Origin: Candidatus Latescibacterota bacterium
Lineage (GTDB): Bacteria > Latescibacterota > UBA2968 > UBA8231
NCBI GenBank assembly: GCA_965243025.1
Contig: CBDETY010000003.1
Span: 5,472,001-5,536,000, forward strand
Direction: 5' to 3'
DNA length: 64,000 nucleotides
The position numbers and the translations under genes were made by a program. Positions 48,356 to 60,560 of the stretch are shown here, one piece after another (the stretch's first letter is position 1; each line of letters opens with the position of its first letter). The notes under the pieces are model-generated. The model worked only from the letters and a program-made list of their open reading frames with translations. It ran no database searches and was not told where the DNA came from.

Positions 48356-50452
48356 TCAGTCGTTCTGCGGGGTCTCAAAGATGACCAGGTGGTTTTTCAT
48401 GACCGCGCAGATGTGATCGCCCGCCAGAATGAGGCTGTGACGTCCCCGGTAATTATAGGGGAAGAGGTGGGCCCCGAAGGTCATGCGCATCTGGCCGGGG
48501 CCCACGAAGGAGTGGGACCTGATCACATTAGGGAGGTTAGCGGGTTCCTGAAAGCCCAGTCTTTCCCGGCGCTGCTGGGCGCCGTACCGGGTCATTGCAT
48601 AAGACCATATCTCGTCCCAGGCCCTGCCGAAGGCGAAATCGCCGTCAATGGTAAGTCGAGGAAACCGCCCGAGGATGTATTCGATCTCCACCGGGTGCCG
48701 TGGATCGGATATGTCGAGCACGGCCAGCTCCTGAGGCCGATGCCGCTGGACGTAAGCCCTGTTTCCGTCCACGGATATGGGACCCAATCCCAGCGGCCGG
48801 GCGATCCGGAAAAAATCATGCTCTCCTTCAGGGGTCCACTCCCGCATCTCCAGGGTTTCCAAATTGTGGCCTGCCTCTTCCAGCTTCTGTACTACGGATT
48901 CCGGAAGTACTCCGGGAGACAGTTGGTGATGAAGCTGTTCGATGGACTCCTCATACTGCTTGGAGCGTCCGAAGCGGCGCAGGGGGGTCCTGCTCAGCTC
49001 TGCAGGCCGCCCGGGATCCGTCAGATCGAGTACGACGAAGTCGTGGCCCAGGGTCAGAAAGGCGTATGAGCCGACAAACTGCAATTCTCCGTCGTAACTC
49101 CAGGCATGTCTGATTCTCTCTTCGACGGGCAGAACGTGGACGGGCTGGGGAAGTCCTCCTTCGCGGACGTCGAAGCTGTGCAGTTCGAGCAGCTCGCTGC
49201 CGAGCAGGCCGGCGTACAGGTACCCATCCCGAACCGCCCAACCCGTCAGCAGGGGAGTTCCCTTCAACCAGGGGGTGGGACCTGGCTCGATGGGATGGAG
49301 AAGGCGCTGGACTTGCAGTTGGGGGCGCTCGGGCAGGCTGAGGTCGAATACGGCCACCCCCACGCTGTCCTTGGCCGATCCCCATGCGTAGACGGTGGTA
49401 CCGGACAGGGCAAGCCGCCAGAGCCGCCAGCCGTCGATTTCCGCTCGCCCTGTCTCCTTCGGCACTCGCCAGTCCGCCACGTCCACCACGCTCACCCCAT
49501 TCTCCAGCAGCACAACCGCGGATCTGTCGTTCAGGTCCAGATCCGCAACCTGTGCTTCGTAGGGAAGGCGGCCCACCGGTTCGACGGGGGCATCCGTGCG
49601 GTGGGGCTGTGTCGCATCCATCGCGAGGACGATGGCCGCCGAGATCAGGGCGAGCGTGGTCACACCCCACTGGAACCGCCTGCTTGCCTCCGCTCTCAAC
49701 GCCAGGGTGGACCACAGAAGCACGCCGCCTGCTATCAGGGCGGCAGTCCCAAACCTGACCAGCAGGAGAGATGGATCGAAGGCCAGACGCAGGATCTTGT
49801 CTGTCAGATCGTTGAACAGGATCCGCTGGAAGGAATAAGAGACAGCGGGGGACAGTTGGGAAACTGACCCCAGGCAGAACAAAGCGATCCACCCCGACAT
49901 AAGGGCGATCGCTACTGCCTTCAGGGGACGGTCGGAAAAAGCAGAGGAGAGAAACACCGGGGTGTACAGAATCAAGAACGGGAGAAACCACAGCAGCAGG
50001 ATGCGCGCGAACCCCACATCCTGCAGGATTTCCTGCAGCCCTCGATTCAGGAAAAAATCTTGAGATGAACCCTGGTAAAACCACCACAGGAAGTTCGGTT
50101 TTCCCCATTCCGGCAACCCGAGGTACACCCCCGCCCAGAACGAGGCCAGAACCACCAGCACCCCCGCAGCCCCGACTGCGAACTTCACTCCCAGCAGCCG
50201 GGCGGGAGCCAGCGGCCGGCTCAGCAGGAAAGGCAGTGTCCCCCGGCTGCGTTCCCCGGACACCTGGTCGATGCCCATAAGCACCGAGGCCAGCAGGCCT
50301 ACCAGAAAGCTCACAGCTTCCAGTGGATACTCCCTGTTGAAGACCGGGTGCAGATAGGCCAACCCGAGAAGCAGAGCCACGCAGGAGCCGCCGGCCACCT
50401 TGTAGACCGCTTCCCGTCCTTCCTTCCACAGCAGAGCTCGTACCGGATTCAT
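48356..50452 (-). CDS. ABC-2 type permease fused to a C-terminal LVIVD-like beta-propeller
   Basis: RALLWKE start, ERSRGTLPFLLSRP, several TM helices, then VVDVADWRVP / VFDLSLPERP / VLDLTDPGRP / VLDISDPRHP repeats. Confidence 0.8.
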   Translation of the reverse strand: MNPVRALLWKEGREAVYKVAGGSCVALLLGLAYLHPVFNREYPLEAVSFLVGLLASVLMGIDQVSGERSRGTLPFLLSRPLAPARLLGVKFAVGAAGVLVVLASFWAGVYLGLPEWGKPNFLWWFYQGSSQDFFLNRGLQEILQDVGFARILLLWFLPFLILYTPVFLSSAFSDRPLKAVAIALMSGWIALFCLGSVSQLSPAVSYSFQRILFNDLTDKILRLAFDPSLLLVRFGTAALIAGGVLLWSTLALRAEASRRFQWGVTTLALISAAIVLAMDATQPHRTDAPVEPVGRLPYEAQVADLDLNDRSAVVLLENGVSVVDVADWRVPKETGRAEIDGWRLWRLALSGTTVYAWGSAKDSVGVAVFDLSLPERPQLQVQRLLHPIEPGPTPWLKGTPLLTGWAVRDGYLYAGLLGSELLELHSFDVREGGLPQPVHVLPVEERIRHAWSYDGELQFVGSYAFLTLGHDFVVLDLTDPGRPAELSRTPLRRFGRSKQYEESIEQLHHQLSPGVLPESVVQKLEEAGHNLETLEMREWTPEGEHDFFRIARPLGLGPISVDGNRAYVQRHRPQELAVLDISDPRHPVEIEYILGRFPRLTIDGDFAFGRAWDEIWSYAMTRYGAQQRRERLGFQEPANLPNVIRSHSFVGPGQMRMTFGAHLFPYNYRGRHSLILAGDHICAVMKNHLVIFETPQND

Positions 50453-51348
50453 ACCCCCCCTCCTCCGGCGGCGTGGACGTATGCCACGAAAGCATCCTCG
50501 AGCCCCAGGTCCTCCACCCTCGTGATGGCCCCGCCCTGAGCCTCGATCCGGGCGGCCTGTTCCCCGCCATACCCCACCACCGTCAGCAGCCGCTGCGTCC
50601 CCGTTCCCTGCACCTCCCGCAATCCGGGGATTCTGGTCAGCGGACCGGCGCCCTCCGGCATGCGCACCGCCACCCGCTTGACCGACTGCTTCACGTCGTC
50701 CACCGGCCCTTCCGCCACCAGGCGGCCCTGCTCGATGACGGCGACCCGGTCGGCGACCCGCTCCACCTCGTGCACGAGGTGCGACGACAGGAAGACGGTG
50801 CGCCCCTCCTCCTGGATGAGCCCGATGATGCTCTCGAGGAAACCGCGCCGGACCACCACGTCCAGCCCGGAAGCAGGCTCGTCGAGGATCAGCAGGCGCG
50901 GCTCGTGCCCCAGGGCGAGGGCGAGCGCAAGCTGGGCGTTCATGCCGCGGGACAGGTGCTTGACCTTCTGCTCGCGGTCGAGGCCGAAACGGTCGATCAG
51001 CCCCTCGACTTTGTCCGGGTTCCAGGTCTCGTAAAACCGGCCGGTGAACCAGGCCAGCTCCCGCACCTTCATCCATCCATACATGACCGGATTCTCCGCC
51101 ACGTAACCCACCTGCCGCCGCAGCGCCAGCGCGTCCCGCCCCGGGTCGAGCCCCAGCACTTCCACCTGTCCGGCTGTGGGCTTGAGCAGGTTCATCAGGA
51201 TCCGGATGGTCGTGGTCTTGCCGGCCCCGTTGCGTCCGAGGAAGCCGCACACCGATCCGGTTGAAACTTTCAGGTGGAGGTCCTCCACGGCGGCGGGCTT
51301 GCCGAAGCGGTGGGTCAGGCCTGCGATGGCGATCGCCGTGTCAGTCAT
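50449..51348 (-). CDS. ABC transporter ATP-binding protein (YtrB-like)
   Basis: GRNGAGKTT, LSRGM, LILDEP, SSH. Confidence 0.96.
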   Translation of the reverse strand: MTDTAIAIAGLTHRFGKPAAVEDLHLKVSTGSVCGFLGRNGAGKTTTIRILMNLLKPTAGQVEVLGLDPGRDALALRRQVGYVAENPVMYGWMKVRELAWFTGRFYETWNPDKVEGLIDRFGLDREQKVKHLSRGMNAQLALALALGHEPRLLILDEPASGLDVVVRRGFLESIIGLIQEEGRTVFLSSHLVHEVERVADRVAVIEQGRLVAEGPVDDVKQSVKRVAVRMPEGAGPLTRIPGLREVQGTGTQRLLTVVGYGGEQAARIEAQGGAITRVEDLGLEDAFVAYVHAAGGGGV

Positions 51349-51757
51349 CGGCAGGCTTCCTCCCTGTCGATCCTTTTTTGCCGAACCGGCTGAGGCGCTC
51401 CCGGAATACCTCGTGCATTTCAGCCGCGCTCAGCCCCAGCTCGATCGCCTCGACCAGGGCCTTGTCGAGCAGTTTCCGCACGATCTCGAGTTTTTCCTGC
51501 TGACTCATGGTCACAGCCTTTTCGCCCACGTAGGTGCCCATGCCCCGCTTCTTGTAGATCAGCCCGCCGCGCTCCAGTTCGAGATACGCCCGCACCACGG
51601 TGTTTGGGTTGATCAGGTACTGCCTAGACAGGGCGCGCACCGAGGGGAGCTCGTCGTGCGGCCGGAGCACCCCGGCGGCGATCTGGTACTTGACCTGCTC
51701 GATGATCTGCAGATAGATGGGGACCCCGCTGGCCGGGTCTATGCGCAGCTGTAGAAT
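51341..51757 (-). CDS. YtrA-subfamily GntR repressor, probable ATT start
   Basis: LQLRIDPASGVPIYLQIIEQVK...LPSVRALS..INPNTVVRAYLELE..GMGTYV; the conserved N-terminus extends to ATT at 51757, with AGGAG 7 nt upstream and an in-frame TGA further up. Confidence 0.88.
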   Translation of the reverse strand: MLQLRIDPASGVPIYLQIIEQVKYQIAAGVLRPHDELPSVRALSRQYLINPNTVVRAYLELERGGLIYKKRGMGTYVGEKAVTMSQQEKLEIVRKLLDKALVEAIELGLSAAEMHEVFRERLSRFGKKGSTGRKPADD

Positions 51758-51879
51758 GCGGAGACTCCTGTTCGGTCACGCATGCATCGGCGGGAGATCG
51801 TTCCCGCCATTGCCGCGGTGAAAGAACGGCCGAGTCGATGCCGGGGGATGGCGCTTCCTCCATCCAGGAAAATCTGGTC

Positions 51880-51911
51880 TATCACTGTATCGTAATACCG
51901 ATACAGTGATA
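51880..51911. promoter_or_regulatory. GntR/YtrA operator palindrome
   Basis: Perfect 13-6-13 inverted repeat TATCACTGTATCG-taatac-CGATACAGTGATA directly downstream of the -10 box. Confidence 0.8.
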
Positions 51912-51940
51912 TTGTACGGGTCTTCCTGGCGTCCGCGCAA
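51911..51940 (-). promoter_or_regulatory. Sigma70-type promoter of the GntR-ABC operon
   Basis: TTGCGC-18 nt-TACAAT on the minus strand. Confidence 0.6.
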
Positions 51941-52016
51941 GCACTATTTGAGAGAAATCAGGAGAGAGGATGTCCGGATATCAGGCACCCCGGCCGGCGG
52001 GCTTTTTACAGCGGCC

Positions 52017-52052
52017 AAAAAAAAAGCGGGCCGGATTCAGGATCCGGCCCGC
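52017..52052 (-). terminator. Intrinsic terminator after the TonB receptor
   Basis: GCGGGCCGGAT / ATCCGGCCCGC 11-bp stem followed by 9 T on the minus strand. Confidence 0.9.
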
Positions 52053-52084
52053 CGATATCAACCTCTATTGTATAACCAGAACTG

Positions 52085-54715
<2,631 letters not shown>

Positions 54716-55319
54716 CGGATCAAATCCTCCCGTTTTGTGGTGGGGGTGATGGGTTTCTTGTTTTACCGAAGACCAATTCAAGCAGAACCCGGCCTCATCC
54801 GGGGTCCCACTTTTCAGAATCTGCCCCTCGAGGCTTGGCGTTTGGCGAGCGCATATGCGGTTTCCCGGAGAATCCCGGGACATTCTTGCCGAGCCGTACC
54901 AGCGAGCCGTGCGAGGATGCCCAATCCGCAACCGTTCTCCACATTGGTCGAACTATCCAGGCTGTCGATGGGAAGAATGGAGGTATAGCAGGCCGGGTTG
55001 TCAGGTCAGGTCCGGACCTTCACAGCAAGCTGATGGGATCACCTTCTCGCCCGGGTGACCTTCTGGAGCATTTCGGACCTGGCTCCCGGGATTGAGGCAG
55101 GCTGTTCCTGTCAATATAGAGAAGGTCCGTACGAGAAGGGAATTTTTTTCTTGCAGATTCGGCCCGGCCCGCAAGCGGCTGCGGCTCTCCGGTGGTGGAG
55201 GGCGGAAGTTCCGCAGTTTTCGCTGAATCGAGGGAAGCACCCGCGGGCGCCCGATGCCGGAGGAATGGTGTCTGCCGGCATCGGGCGCTTTTTCGGGCTC
55301 ACGGGAAATCGCCGGGGGT

Positions 55320-57617
55320 TCAGCGCAGCAGCATCATGCGCCGGTGCACGGCCCAGCCGCCGGTCTGCAGGCTGTACACGTACACCCCGCTGGCCACCGG
55401 CCGTCCGTACTGATCGCGGCCGTCCCAGGTGATGCGGTGCTCGCCGGCCCCGGGGACGTCGGCGTGCAGCACGCGCACGACCTGGCCGGAGAGGTTGTAG
55501 ATGCGCAGGCGGATCTCCTCGCCCGCCAGCGAAGCCGGCACTTGGAAGGGGATCACAGTGGAGGCGTTGAACGGGTTCGGCGCGTTCTGCTGCAGGACAG
55601 GACGGCCGGGTTGCCCGGCCGAGCGGACTTCCCAGGCCCGCTCTTCCACCACCACCAGCATGTCCTCGCCCAGCAGGGCGAAGTCCTCCAGCTCCTCCGG
55701 CTGTCCCGGAAGGCCTTCGTACAGCTCCCTCGGCATGCCGGGCTGGTAGGCGACGTCGACCCAGACCTCGTCCTCGAGGACGAAGTCGCGGCCCAGCCAG
55801 TAGGCTTTCGGGCGGGTGTCGTTGGCCGCGGTGGCAAACACTTCGTCACCATCCTCCCCGCGGTCCCCCGGTTGCGGGTTGACCTCCACCCCCTCGTCCG
55901 GGGCGAACAGCGAGGTTCGCCGGGTCACCAGCCGGTAGTCCAGGCCCAGCGCCAGGATGTCGTCGAGCAGCTCCTGCTGGGACCCGAAACGGGCGATCTG
56001 CTCCTCGAGAGCCTGCACCTTCTGGTGGGCCCAGAGCCGCGGAATCAGATCTCCCGAAACGTCGGTCCGGGTGAACTCCAGCGGAAAGTCCAGGGAAACG
56101 GTTTCCTCTCCCATCTGGCCGGTGACGCTCAAGGTGAACTGGCCCCCGTCCCGGTAGCGGCCCACCTGAAACAGCTCCCGGCCGGCTGCCAGGGCTTCCA
56201 CCCCGCGCGGGTGCACGTCGTGGATCTCCACGTCGCCGAAGGACAGCTCCTCGAGCAGCAGCACGGGGAAGGTGAAGGACTCGAAAAGGTCGCGGAGCGC
56301 CGTCTCGATATCCCCTTCGTCCGACAGGAAAAACGCCTCGCCCCGGTGGTCTTCGGCGAGGCCGGCCAGAAACCCCTGGTCGACGTCGTTGCCGACGCCG
56401 ATGGTGAACAGGCGGGCCCGGCCGTCGGACCACCGGCCCACCAGGTCGCTCAGGGGCTCCAGTTCGACCTCGCCGAGGTTGGGCAGGCCATCGGTAAGGA
56501 AGATGACGTGGTTGACCCGCCCGGACGGGAAGGCCTGCTGCATGGCGCGGCCGAGTCCCGCCTCGAAATTGCTCACACCCAGGGCGTCCTGGCGGTTAAT
56601 GAAAGCGGTGGCAGCCTCCTTGTTGTTCCGGTTGGCAGGCACCGGGGCGGCTGCATAGGAGTCGGCCCGGTGGCTGAAGACGACGATGTTGAACAGGTCC
56701 GCTTCTTCCAGTCCCGCGATCGCCGCGGCAAGAGCCCCTTTCACCGCCTGCAGCTTGCCCCGCTGCATGCTCGAGGAGATGTCGATGACGAAGGTCAGGC
56801 TGCGCGGCAGGGGATCGTCCAGGGTCAGTTCCGGAAGGGGCGGCAGCCACAGGGCGTAGTACCCGAGGGCTTCGTCTCCCTCCGGGGCGAAGCTGAGAAC
56901 CGTCGGCTCGAGCAGGTCCCCGGTCTGTCGGATGGTCAGAGTGAAGTCCTCACGGGGAGAGATCTCCTCGTCTCCGAAAAAGACGTTGGCGCGGTAGTCA
57001 TCCGGGCGGTCGATGTCGGTGAGGCGCGGAAGCCCCGAGGTCGTCACCTGAAAGGGGTGCTGGCTTCTCACACTTGCCCGCAGCACGAACAGCTCCATCA
57101 GCAGGGCCTGTCCGGTCTCCGGCGCCAGCGGAAAGGTGTAGTCGAGACGGCCGTTTCGGGCTTCGAGCAGCTGCATGTACTCGAACTCGACGCGGCGGCT
57201 GCCGTTGGCCGGAAAGGGAAAGATGCTCAGGCGGAACTGGTTCGGGGTCACCTGCTCGATCAGGGCCGGGTCGACGCGCTGGCGCACGATGTCGTCGTAG
57301 ATCTGGCGCGCCTCTTCCTTCTCGAGAATGAGCCCCTGGATCCGCTTGTCTCCGATCCACAGCACCAGGTCGGTGATGATGGCGCCGTCCGGAAGGGTGA
57401 ACTCGTAGATCCCCTCGACCTCCCAGTCGGCGTGGTTGGTGAAGATCTGGTCGGTGCGGGTGCGGGCGATGCGCTCGTCGATCCTGACGTCGACCGTGGC
57501 CGAGGTCAGCTCGAGGTGCTGACGGCCGTCGTCACCGACGCCGGTGTACACGTAGCCGATGCCGAGGGCTGGAAGCGGGGACAGCAGGGCCAGGAGGAGC
57601 ATGAGTGGGGGTTTCAT
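55320..57617 (-). CDS. Secreted VIT + vWA domain protein with FlgD-Ig/T9SS-like C-terminal domain
   Basis: EGIYEFTLPDGA (VIT), FVIDISSSM (MIDAS), IFLTDG, RLWA, VLQQNAPNPFN...WDGRD..G..VASGVY. Confidence 0.9.
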   Translation of the reverse strand: MKPPLMLLLALLSPLPALGIGYVYTGVGDDGRQHLELTSATVDVRIDERIARTRTDQIFTNHADWEVEGIYEFTLPDGAIITDLVLWIGDKRIQGLILEKEEARQIYDDIVRQRVDPALIEQVTPNQFRLSIFPFPANGSRRVEFEYMQLLEARNGRLDYTFPLAPETGQALLMELFVLRASVRSQHPFQVTTSGLPRLTDIDRPDDYRANVFFGDEEISPREDFTLTIRQTGDLLEPTVLSFAPEGDEALGYYALWLPPLPELTLDDPLPRSLTFVIDISSSMQRGKLQAVKGALAAAIAGLEEADLFNIVVFSHRADSYAAAPVPANRNNKEAATAFINRQDALGVSNFEAGLGRAMQQAFPSGRVNHVIFLTDGLPNLGEVELEPLSDLVGRWSDGRARLFTIGVGNDVDQGFLAGLAEDHRGEAFFLSDEGDIETALRDLFESFTFPVLLLEELSFGDVEIHDVHPRGVEALAAGRELFQVGRYRDGGQFTLSVTGQMGEETVSLDFPLEFTRTDVSGDLIPRLWAHQKVQALEEQIARFGSQQELLDDILALGLDYRLVTRRTSLFAPDEGVEVNPQPGDRGEDGDEVFATAANDTRPKAYWLGRDFVLEDEVWVDVAYQPGMPRELYEGLPGQPEELEDFALLGEDMLVVVEERAWEVRSAGQPGRPVLQQNAPNPFNASTVIPFQVPASLAGEEIRLRIYNLSGQVVRVLHADVPGAGEHRITWDGRDQYGRPVASGVYVYSLQTGGWAVHRRMMLLR

Positions 57618-57680
57618 GTCGGGCTCCTTTCGCAGAGGGCGGAGAGAAAGAAGAGAGAAAGAGGAGAGAAAAGAAATGGT

Positions 57681-59408
57681 TTAGTAGTAGGTGACCTTGA
57701 CGCCTCGGGCCTTGAGGGCGGGGATTTGTTTGGTGGTGGCCTGATGGCTGAGGGGGTTCTTTTTCAATTCCACTTCATCGCCTTCGCCGAGACCGGGATT
57801 TGCGACCAGGGAAGCCACGTCTTCAATCCTGTTGTTTTCCAAATTAAGCCGGTTCAGACTGGTCAGGAAGACCAGCGGGCCCACATTGGCGATTTGGTTG
57901 TGGTCAAGCCTCAGCTCTCTCAGGTTTGCCAGGGAGGTCAACGAGCTCACATCCACGATCTGGTTGTGGTCCAGTCTCATATCTTCAAGGTTTGTCAAGG
58001 GAGCCAACGGGGTTACATCGGAAATTTGATTGGAGTGAAGATAGAGGTGGTTCAGGCTGGTCAGTGAGGCAAGGGAACTCAAATCGGTTATGGCGTTCTC
58101 ATCAATGGTCAGGTCAGTCAGGTTCGTTAGGGAAGCCAGGGGGCTTACATCGGCAATATGGTTGTGGCCCAGATTCAGCTTTTCCAGGTTGGTCAAGGAG
58201 GTCAGCGGATCCAGATCGATTTTCTCGATCCAGCGCAGATTCAGCCAACGCAGGTTGCTCAAGGAGGCTAGCGACCTTACATCGGCAATCGGGTTGAAAT
58301 CCAGGGTCAGGTCTGTCAAGTGGGTCAAGGAAGCCAGCGGGTTCACATCCGAAATTCCGTTGTGGGCAAGATACAGCTTTTCCAGATTGGTCAGGGAAGC
58401 AAGTGGGCTCACATCCGTTACCTGATTTACGCCCAGAACCAAAGTTTTCAAGTTGGTCAAGGAGGAAAGTGGGCTAACATCAACTATCGAGTTGGACGAC
58501 AGATCCAGCCGTTCCAGGGCCGCAAATTGTTCAAGGCCTGCAATACTGTGAATGCCATGCCTGCGGGCGCGGAGCTCGGACAGGGAAGTGACCTCCTCTT
58601 GAGTTATGAGGTTTAGAGGTCGCCCCAAAGCTTTCTGCACCACCATTTCCAGATTCGAGTCCTCGAAAAAACAGGTATAGAGGATCACATCTTTCAGTAG
58701 AGCAAGATTTCCGCCAAAATCAATTACTTGCACCTCAACGTCTACTTTCTTCTCCAGTGCAGTTGTTTCCTCATGGGGGTCATTCGTCGGGTAATGTAAC
58801 TGTTGCACGTAAGCCATCAGAGATTTCATGGCTTCCGGATGATCAATTTCTACCGCGAAAGAGATTCCTGTATCAAGTTGGACGGCGACTCGTCCGGGCT
58901 GCCCCTGCCAGCGGTCCTGGAGGAAGGCCACCACCGCCTTCCGGCCGATCAACCGGGTCGCCTTCACGGACTCCAACAGTACTTCGGCGGCCTGGTCAAT
59001 GTGCCAGTCGATGGGGATGAATCCCGCCACCTGGTGGCCTGATTTCCTGGGTTTAAGCACAAGCCGCAATGGGCTCCCCTCAGGCCTGGTCCAGAACAGT
59101 GACTCCCGGAGAAGGCCGTCCGGATCGACGCCCCGCAGTTCCACAAGGCTGTCCGGCCGGGCCTGGTATTCGATCTGCAGGCCGGACAGCGCCTGTCCCG
59201 ATTCATCCTCAAAATTCAACCACAGCCCCCGCGGATATTCCGGCGACTCGATCAGCACCCGGCCTTCTGCATTGCTCTGGGCCTGCGCCCACCCCGTGCT
59301 GTCGGTGCCCGCGGCATGCGGGAATTCTGTCTGCCCCGTTGCTGGTGGAACCCCGAGTGCAGGGAGCCCGATAAGAACTGCGGATCGAAGGATTGGCAGG
59401 TGCATCAT
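57681..59408 (-). CDS. Secreted internalin-like leucine-rich-repeat protein
   Basis: About 12 22-aa repeats of the type LASLTNLxxLxLxxNxIxDVSP, cap LVANPGLGEGDEVELKKNPLS; signal-like N-terminus. Confidence 0.9.
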   Translation of the reverse strand: MMHLPILRSAVLIGLPALGVPPATGQTEFPHAAGTDSTGWAQAQSNAEGRVLIESPEYPRGLWLNFEDESGQALSGLQIEYQARPDSLVELRGVDPDGLLRESLFWTRPEGSPLRLVLKPRKSGHQVAGFIPIDWHIDQAAEVLLESVKATRLIGRKAVVAFLQDRWQGQPGRVAVQLDTGISFAVEIDHPEAMKSLMAYVQQLHYPTNDPHEETTALEKKVDVEVQVIDFGGNLALLKDVILYTCFFEDSNLEMVVQKALGRPLNLITQEEVTSLSELRARRHGIHSIAGLEQFAALERLDLSSNSIVDVSPLSSLTNLKTLVLGVNQVTDVSPLASLTNLEKLYLAHNGISDVNPLASLTHLTDLTLDFNPIADVRSLASLSNLRWLNLRWIEKIDLDPLTSLTNLEKLNLGHNHIADVSPLASLTNLTDLTIDENAITDLSSLASLTSLNHLYLHSNQISDVTPLAPLTNLEDMRLDHNQIVDVSSLTSLANLRELRLDHNQIANVGPLVFLTSLNRLNLENNRIEDVASLVANPGLGEGDEVELKKNPLSHQATTKQIPALKARGVKVTYY

Positions 59409-59520
59409 GGGATGGCTATTCAACTGGGGAGCAGCCTGGGTTCGCTGCAGCGTTCCCGGATTTTAAAAAACAGGATTGCTCTCCAAACTTCCCGATCCTG
59501 GTTTCTTGAGAAGAAGCCGG

Positions 59521-60291
59521 TTATTCCCCGATCACCCTGGGGTGGTACTGGTTTCCACCCAGCAACTGCGTCTCCAGCTCCGAGGGGTTGTCGATTCTCG
59601 CGAGCTGGCTCCGCATGTCCTCCTGCGGAATGAACCACGGCATCAGGTACATCCCGAGAAGGCAGGACCTGGCCCTGCCGGTGCGGTTGGGCCGCGACGT
59701 GTGCCACCAGGCCCCGTGCGCCACCACCGCGGTGCCGCGGGTTCCGATCAGCATCTCCCCGTCCTCGCGCCAGCGGTCGGTCGGCGGTTCGGGCGGATGC
59801 CCCTTGCGGTGCGACCCGGGCACGACGCCGGTGGCCCCGTTCTCTTCGGTGAAGTCGTCGAGGAGCAACACCGTCTGGCCGGCGAAGTTGCCCGCGGGCC
59901 AGGGCGGCTGCAGCGACCAGTACGGATAGTCGGCGTGCCACCCGATCCCCTCGTGCCCGGGGTAGATGGTGTTCGCCGTCCAGGAGGAGCAGATGATGTC
60001 GTCGCCGAGGTAGCGCTTCCAGATCGACACGATCAGCGGGTGGCACATCAGCTCGAGGAAGACGGGATGCTTGTGGGCGATGCCGCCGACCCGCTGGTGC
60101 CTGGCCGCGCGCGCCCCGTCGTCGATCTCCGCTTCGAGGAACCCCTCGAGAACGGCGCGCGCCGCGTCCGCTTCTTCAGGCGAGATGACGTCCGCGAGAA
60201 TGCAGTAGCCGCGTTCGTCCATCTCGGCGATGACGGCATCGATGTCGACTGCGCTTGCTTCCCGCGGCGGCGCCGCAGTTTCGACTGTCAT
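59521..60291 (-). CDS. PhyH family Fe(II)/2OG dioxygenase
   Basis: GWHADYPY, DDFTEENGATGVVPGSH, WWHTS. Confidence 0.92.
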   Translation of the reverse strand: MTVETAAPPREASAVDIDAVIAEMDERGYCILADVISPEEADAARAVLEGFLEAEIDDGARAARHQRVGGIAHKHPVFLELMCHPLIVSIWKRYLGDDIICSSWTANTIYPGHEGIGWHADYPYWSLQPPWPAGNFAGQTVLLLDDFTEENGATGVVPGSHRKGHPPEPPTDRWREDGEMLIGTRGTAVVAHGAWWHTSRPNRTGRARSCLLGMYLMPWFIPQEDMRSQLARIDNPSELETQLLGGNQYHPRVIGE

Positions 60292-60560
60292 GGGGTCTGC
60301 TCCTCTCCGTGTGTCGCTGGTTTTGCCAATATAGTCAGATGAAGGGAGTCGGCCACTGCCGGTCCCGCTTTCTGCAGGGTCTTCCGGGGGCTGGATTCGG
60401 GCATCGGGGAAGGCCGAACTCTCCGAAGCCCCGGGCATTCGGCACATCGAATCCGTCCTCCATACGGCAACGCTGTTTGCCCTTGTGTACCAACTGTGGA
60501 CCGGTCTCGCGCGGGGGCGCCGTCGATCCTATCCTTGCGGTGACTCAAAGGAGCGGATCG

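Noticed and set aside
50453-51250. N-terminal extension of the 964-aa permease ORF
   Set aside because: Alternate frame over the ABC ATPase; the coupled ATG at 50452 is the start
57636-57678. Purine-rich GAGA run between the LRR and vWA genes
   Set aside because: Short low-complexity tract with no consistent unit or partner
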